Shown here: positions 57,901 through 64,000 of the stretch, in pieces
How positions within the stretch are numbered: the stretch's first letter is position 1
Layout of the letters: each line of letters starts with the position of its first letter
Assembly: GCF_036588685.1 (NCBI RefSeq)
Contig: NC_086374.1
Location: 48,112,001-48,176,000, forward strand
Length of the DNA: 64,000 nucleotides
Direction of reading: 5' to 3'
From: Mytilus trossulus
Lineage: Eukaryota
The notes under the pieces: model-generated
The model's input: only the letters and a program-made list of their open reading frames with translations
Database searches by the model: none
What the model was told of the DNA's origin: nothing
Program-made: the position numbers and the translations under genes

Positions 57901-60869
57901 TGTTGTTATGGCAAACACTCTTGCTACACTAGCGGCCCAAGGTGTACCAATCACTTCTCAGGGAATGCTGCTTGCCAGTGGAAATATTCTCTCTGGAATA
58001 ACTCCTGGTCTCCCCATGGTAGCTCTTCCACCTCAAACAAGTAATGGGCTATTTGGAACATCAATACCACAGGTTCAACAACCAGTACATTGTAATCCTA
58101 CAATTAGTGTACCCATTTCCCTGACAATTGCAAAACAAGAAAGTGAGGACCCAGTAATTATTAAAGAAGAACCAAAAAGTCCTATAGAAAATATTGATTC
58201 TAATTCTAATCATTCTTCTAATGTCTCAAATGATGAATTATCAGAATCCGACAGAGAAAAACTTGTTGGATGTCCAAGAGTTCAGTGGAATGATTCAGAT
58301 AAAAGTGAGCCTATGCTTGAAGGGAATCCCAGCAATTTACCATTAAGTTTGCAACAAGGATGGGGGTTGTCATCAGATGGGAGAAAAGTCACATCATTAT
58401 CAAGGACACATTCAAGGTCAGTTATTTAAATATACTGAAAGTCATAAAAATTCCTTGTATGTATGAACTGGTGAGACTAGTAATTTCATATTTGCAAAAA
58501 TTTCATTGGAACATTTTCTTGTATAATTATAACTTTTTCTTCTTAAATATTAAAAGGTCTTACTAATGACTGAATGGAGTTTGTTAAAAAAAATCTTTCG
58601 AGGATACGGAGTAAAAACCTGCAATTGATTGGAAACTGTTATTTTATTTCGGTTTCAATGTGTTTAAATGTCAAAGAATGGCTTTGATAATATTCTCTTT
58701 GGCAGTTAAAGAGTTATAGTGTTTCTAAGATTGACAGTAACACTAATATATATATATGTTAATAAAACCTGATTTCTGTAATTCCAACAGCCTCTTTGCA
58801 AGTTGAATTGAAATCTACTTTAAATTCAGACTTAAAACATTTTATTTTATGGTAATTGGTACTTAAATGGTCAGTAATTATGGTCACAAAATAATTGAAA
58901 ATTAAACATTCATATTGTTTTACAGATTGCCAGTAGTAAGCACTCCAGTAGACAGAGAAAAAATTTGTAAACCAACAGTGTTAGCAGATGGAAGGACTGT
59001 GTTCAGATGTCCTTTTTGTAATAAAGACTTCTTATCTTACTCAGACATCAATAGACATATGGACTTTCACGAGGGTAATTAATAATATTGCAGATTTCAA
59101 GTAATGAAAAATTTAATATTGCCATTTTCATGTATTCTTTTTGTACATTTCTCTGTATGCTATATTAATGATGGAATTTTTTTAAATATTGAAATATTTT
59201 TTTTAATCTACATGAACATTGTAATTAATAAAAATTAAACTTTACGTTTCAAAAGAATCATATTTTTTTGACATATTAGAACATTTTTTGTCATAACAAC
59301 AGTTCTCCTTTCCAGACCACGACTAAAAACAAAATGAAGAGACTTAAAACTATGATTCAAACTTGTGCATTGTAGAGATGTAAATAAATCCTTAAGGTGA
59401 CATGTGATGCCATTTAACCACATAATTTAGTAAAATAATACAATCAACACCTTTATTAATTAGTCCATTGTTGTCTACAGCTATTAAATGCACCTAGCTG
59501 ATTATTGATTTTTCTGTTAAAAGTTGTAATGAGTTCAAGGTGAATTCTGATTATTGTCTGATCAGGTAAAGTCTGAGAAACGCCCATAAAAGTAAACAGG
59601 ATGGATGAAATTGAATTGTTATATTTCTTTTGACAAATTCTTTCGCAAAAAATGAATTTTAATCGCCATAATTTCAATCGCCAGCGGAAATTTGAATTTA
59701 ACAGCTATGAAAAGTATATCCACTTACCCCTCCGGTACCAAATAGAATTGCTCCAGAGGTATATAATATAAAGAATTTACTTGTGAATCTTATTGCTTAA
59801 TATATATATTAGATATATTCATTAACTTGTAATAAATTGTTTCTTCTATTTACAGACATCAGACCATTTAAATGTAAATACTGTGAATATTATGCCAGGA
59901 CAAACAGCCAACTAAAAGTACATATGATGAGGCATCAAGGTTGGTGTTAAGGTTCATCAAATAAAAAATCACGTTTATCTTTCCATGTTTGTTTTCTGTT
60001 TATGTAAATGATAGTTGTCTTGTTTTAAGGGGTTAACAAATTCAGTAAGGTATCAATAAGGGACAATTGAATAAACTTTGTCACAAAAAAAATGATTAAT
60101 TAATTGGTGGTAAATATGAATGTTGACATTGCAGCCAAAGGGAGATAATCAAAAAAACTTTAAAATTTACATGTTAAAAAGGCATATTTTATTTATAATG
60201 TTTTTTTTATTTACAAGATTTGCTTGTAACGGCTGTAGATAAAATATACTGCCCCTATGTTTCACATGGCAGGAAAGTTCATTTAATTTTTTAAATCTTC
60301 CAACTTCGCACAGATGCTTGCCTCTGGCAAGCTTAGAAAATATGAGTTTAAGAACTACTGCTATCATGGCTATTGCTAATTTTAATGATTAAGAGCAAGA
60401 AAACATTTAATTAGAAATTTTAAGTTGAAATTCTAAAGAAAATTAATTAAAAAAGTTTTAACAAAAAAAGAGGCCTTTATATGTGTTAAAAACCAAAACA
60501 CTTACCTACCGGTAATGTGGAGAAAATTATGTTAGCTACAGCCTACAACAGAAACACATTTATCTAGGGAAATCTATTTATTTTTTTCACAGGTTTTCAA
60601 TCTTTACATGCAAGTAAATTAATGTTGTAAACACTTTTTTTTTTACAGGAATACGTGAATTCTGCTGCAAGCTATGTAACTATAAAGGTGTTACTCAATC
60701 TGATCTGAATCGTCACATGAAATCACAGATTCACTTACTGAAGGCCAAGCATGCATGTCCACATTGTGACGAAGGATTTGTTACCCCACGCAACCTGGAT
60801 CGTCACCTTGATGGCAACTGTATTGTCAAAATGCAAAAGCTTGAAACTGGGGAACTTATTTTGAAGTGA
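45811..60869 (+). CDS. Multi-C2H2 zinc-finger transcription factor, 7 exons, ~1289 aa, 12 fingers, N-terminal NuRD-binding motif
   Basis: Exons 45811-45859, 53645-54081, 54606-55037, 55919-58416, 58926-59074, 59856-59939 and 60649-60869. All introns are GT-AG, phases are consistent (1,0,0,2,1,1) and the total is 3870 nt. HTGEHPF/HTGERPF linkers; two fingers split across introns rejoin correctly. Confidence 0.9.
46962..47240 (+). mobile_element. Short HINE-like element (intronic)
   Basis: TTTTATGCCC...GGGGCATCC..GGACACATTCTTGTT. A matching 3' end lies at ~63595-63682. Confidence 0.55.
52795..53250 (+). mobile_element. Short HINE-like element (intronic)
   Basis: TTTTTGTCTCAC..GCGAGACA at the 5' end and GCGAGACA again at the 3' end, with a GCA microsatellite remnant and two internal repeats. 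Confidence 0.55.
53170..53446 (+). repeat. Tandem duplication of ~140 bp
   Basis: GTTCAT(C/T)GACTTCTTTAATTT...CATATGAAAACCTGGTAAAAT occurs twice, spanning the HINE end and its flank. Confidence 0.9.
53645..54081 (+). CDS. ZNF exon 2 (acidic region, finger 1)
   Basis: TTGCAG acceptor, CDFC..RHLLKHTGEHPFKCD, GTAAGT donor. Confidence 0.92.
54606..55037 (+). CDS. ZNF exon 3
   Basis: TTCAG acceptor, LCDKAFK..HTMH and CQVC..HMMSHTGERPFRCN, GTAAGT donor. Confidence 0.93.
55919..58416 (+). CDS. ZNF exon 4
   Basis: TTTCAG acceptor, the remainder of finger 4 plus four more fingers, AG|GTCAGT donor. Confidence 0.95.
58926..59074 (+). CDS. ZNF exon 5
   Basis: FRCPFCNKDF..RHMDFHE with canonical splice sites. 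Confidence 0.92.
59856..59939 (+). CDS. ZNF exon 6
   Basis: RPFKCKYCEY..VHMMRHQ with canonical splice sites. Confidence 0.92.
60649..60869 (+). CDS. ZNF exon 7 (terminal)
   Basis: FCCKLC..RHMKSQIH and CPHC..RHLDGNC (C2HC), then stop TGA at 60867-60869. Confidence 0.92.
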
Positions 60870-61642
60870 CCTACATTTAAGTTTTATTTTTAAAGTAGCA
60901 TGCTTGAGGTTATTAAATAACAAGATAAAAATCCTTTGAATGTCTTTTTCAAGGATGTTTTTTGCCTACTGTGTGGAGGAAATTTTAAGATTGATATTTT
61001 TAAAGAAATGCCCCTAGAAAGGACAAGGGAATAGAATAAACAAAGTTAATGTTATTTAATGATGTTTAAATAGACTGAGTCTAGCCATAAACTTTTAAAA
61101 AGAAAGAAATTGTTTTAATGTGTTTTTGTGTACTTCAATCAAAGTATCATTGTTATTTTTAATGTTGGGTAAAGATGATGGTTATTTGTTAATATTTTTT
61201 CTTATTTTATATATGATGCTTTTGTGTTGCAGTTTTACCTCAGTTATTAAAATACATTCACTATTTCATTCCAAAATTGATCATTCCGTTTGTTTATGAT
61301 TCCAGAATTATATATATATAGTTGGAAGTTTTATCTATCATTTAGTTTGTACATATTTATATTTTTATATTGGTTTATCTTTTCATATTTTATTACATAT
61401 TTCTATCATTCCAAAAGATTTTCTGTACTAAGGAAGAAAACAATTGTTTTTTTTCTGTTATGTTTAATCTGTTACAATTTATTTTTTGTCAGATTTATTT
61501 TATATAATTCAGTTTGTTAACTCCTGTATGCTTCATTGATGATTAGCTTACACATATCTAAAGATGGTGTCTCATTTGGGATAGTTCAATTATTGACATT
61601 AGTAAGCTATATAAGAGAATGAGTGATAACTGTGTATATAAT

Positions 61643-62018
61643 CCTCGAGGGGTCCACTTCCTGTATACAAGGTGATAGGACGTGCTGCTGGAATAGTTCA
61701 GCTTTTCAAGCTTGAAAATATGTGAATAGGTGAGGAAAACTATCAGAAATATATGATAAGGTCAATAAAGTTCTGTCATCTTTCTTGGTGTTCACAGCTG
61801 TGTTTTATCAACCAATTTTCACTCATTTGACACTTTGGTATTTCACTGTTACATTACACACTAAACCAAACCAAAACCATATGGGGAAATGGTAACATAT
61901 TTACCTACTTAATATATAAAAAGGTATACATTTTTGAAATCTAAATTATATAAAAAGGGTGGGGTAACGAAACTTAGCGGCACACTCTATCAATTAAATA
62001 TTGAAGTGGCTTCCCGGG
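61643..62018. mobile_element. Degenerate MITE
   Basis: CCTCGAGGGGTCCACTTC...GAAGTGGCTTCCCGGG imperfect inverted ends flanked by an ATATAAT direct repeat. Confidence 0.45.
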
Positions 62019-62338
62019 ATATAATCTGTAAAATCAGAAAACAGTTTTTCAAAAACTGCATTACTTTGCTTTCTTAAAATGTATCTTTTAATTAGGATTC
62101 ATCAATCAGTTGTAATGGTCTGATAAGTGTGATTAATGTATTGTGAAATGACATTCATTGATGTTTGGTATAAAAATTAAAGTGTATTATATATTATGAA
62201 TTAGAATTTATACCTATCCACTCATACTACCCACTGTATATAGATATAGAATATAGATTGTTTAGGATTTTATTTTTATGAATACTTGTGTTATGAAAAT
62301 CAAAACAAAGAACATTGTACTTCTTTTAAAGCCTATTG

Positions 62339-62587
62339 CATTGAGTGTGTTGGCAAAGGTTATATATTTTTATAGCTTGCTTGCTTGCCGAACTGTGAAG
62401 TTGTTATTATGTTAGGTAAACTACCCTCCTTTAAGATAAGATTAATCCGATAAATAACCAAACTATCTGTCTGTAGGACCAGACTTCTTTGAAAGGAGGC
62501 TAGTATACCTTACCTAATAATGACTTCACAGTTCAGCTAGCAAGCAAGCTAACCAAAAAAAAATACCTTTACCTACACACTCAATGA
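62339..62587. repeat. Imperfect long inverted repeat (~110-bp arms)
   Basis: CATTGAGTGTG..AGCTTGCTTGCT..GAACTGTGAAGT on the left mirrors ACTTCACAGTTC..AGCAAGCAAGCT..CACACTCAATG on the right. Confidence 0.85.
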
Positions 62588-64000
62588 AATCTGCTGTAAA
62601 TTTTAAGAAAGGCTTCCCCTTTGCTTTTATACATTTCTTTTGGTGAACCTACTTTTTGAAGCAGAGTTTTAAGAAAACTGGGTCGTACATTTAGATTTCT
62701 GATTAATCACATTTGTTTTAAAAAATAAGAGACATAACATTAAGAAATTTTGTAATTTAGCTTAGCAAATATAACACCTTTGAAAGTTCATGCTGTTATA
62801 GAATTGTTTGTGAAAATAATCCATATAAATAAGTAATTGTTCTTCAGTTGTGTTAGTAAAGAGTTTTAACTCTGTGCAAGAGGTATAGTAATAGCAATAA
62901 AAGGAATATGCGAAAAAGACATATAACTTTTCAATTAAAGATAAATTACATGTATTTAAAATAAAGTAGACATCAGTTACCTATCTTATTATGAATGAAA
63001 ATTGGTTCTGAAAGTAAAAACTTAGTTTACATGGATATCTGTAAAATTAATAATTAATTTGCCAAAGGTTTTCACTCAATTAATTAAATTACAATTCAAA
63101 GACTAGATTTTTATGATCAGATAACTCATAAGATTATTAAAAAAATCTGTGAAGATAATGAATATTCCCTCAAAATTTTAATGACTTATCAAAAAACTTA
63201 TTTTGTAGAAGACCCCTAATTCATTGAAATATGTAATGATTTGCCTTTCTTGTCAATCATAAATAAATTTCAGCTCTGGTTCATTTCACTTTAAACATGC
63301 ATGAACTTTAAGTTTTAAATTACATCTACTATAAACATCTTCTTTGTACGGTACATTCCAAGCATGATTTTTTAATGGCAGTGTAGTATGGTGATAAAAT
63401 TGTGATAGCACTGTTATGTTTGTAAAGTTTATGTTTTTGAGGGTGGATATTTTATGGACATGTATATATAAATTGTTTTTATCGATGTTTATTACCCAGT
63501 ATATATGGTGTACAATTTTGTTAATATCGTTATATAAAACCATCACCAATAATGTTCCACATCTTTCAATTGAGATTTTCCTCAACACAATTTTTAAGTT
63601 CTGACCCCAATTTTTCGCGGTCCACTGAACACAGAAAATGATAGTGCAAGTGGGGCATCCGTTTACTATGGACACATTCTTTTTACATTTAAAAAAAAAG
63701 TTAAATTCCAGTAATGATAGCTGTTTAAATTTAAAAAAAAAAAATTAGAAATTAATTCATTACAGAAGCTTCAGTTATTTGACCTGATGCAATATCTTTG
63801 TAATTTGGTTTGTGAGAATAAAGATATATATATATATAATACATGAGTAGGGTAAATGTCTCGTTAAGTCCCATCAGTTATTATGACATTTTGGAAGTAC
63901 ATGTATATGGTATATATTTTGCATTTTTAAAAGTCTGTTTAGAAAATTGTTGAAAATTATTTTACTATAGATTGAAGGTGTAATTTCCAAATAGGCCCAT

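Noticed and set aside
56632-57954. Antisense ORFs over the ZNF exon, and similar ones over pol and gag
   Set aside because: They are shadow frames of real coding sequence with biased composition.
45811-60869. Naming the gene spalt/SALL, ush/FOG or BCL11
   Set aside because: It shares only the N-terminal motif. The SAL-box and the finger arrangements of those families were not recognised.

Overview
This is AT-rich animal genomic DNA. The repeat families resemble those of a bivalve such as Mytilus, which is an inference from the repeat motifs. The left ~39 kb is a nested transposon cluster. A HINE/Helentron-like repeat (2902-38614) is split by an almost complete APE-RT LINE (3946-37464, ~3.8 kb when reconstructed). 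That LINE is interrupted by a 21x36-bp minisatellite, a TGT..ACA TIR element (TATA TSD), a 25.2-kb foldback-like TIR element (8-bp TSD), a Harbinger-like MITE and an internally deleted Mutator element with a PHD finger. The 25-kb element carries a gag-less Ty3/Gypsy pol with three chromo-like C-terminal modules and a PPT-LTR-LTR-PBS junction. It also carries a young 4.55-kb LTR element (identical LTRs) with no pol. That element encodes a helix-hairpin-helix-Gag fusion and, in the -1 frame where pol normally sits, the N-terminal RNA lobe of a Tpt1/KptA (TRPT1) tRNA 2'-phosphotransferase with the R-H-R-R tetrad intact. This is the best candidate for an undescribed system. The right part holds one 7-exon C2H2 zinc-finger gene (45811-60869, ~1289 aa, 12 fingers). 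Its small first exon, missed by the ORF track, encodes a SALL/FOG/BCL11-type NuRD-binding motif (SRRKQSKPQH). All homology calls come from motif recognition by eye; no database search was run.
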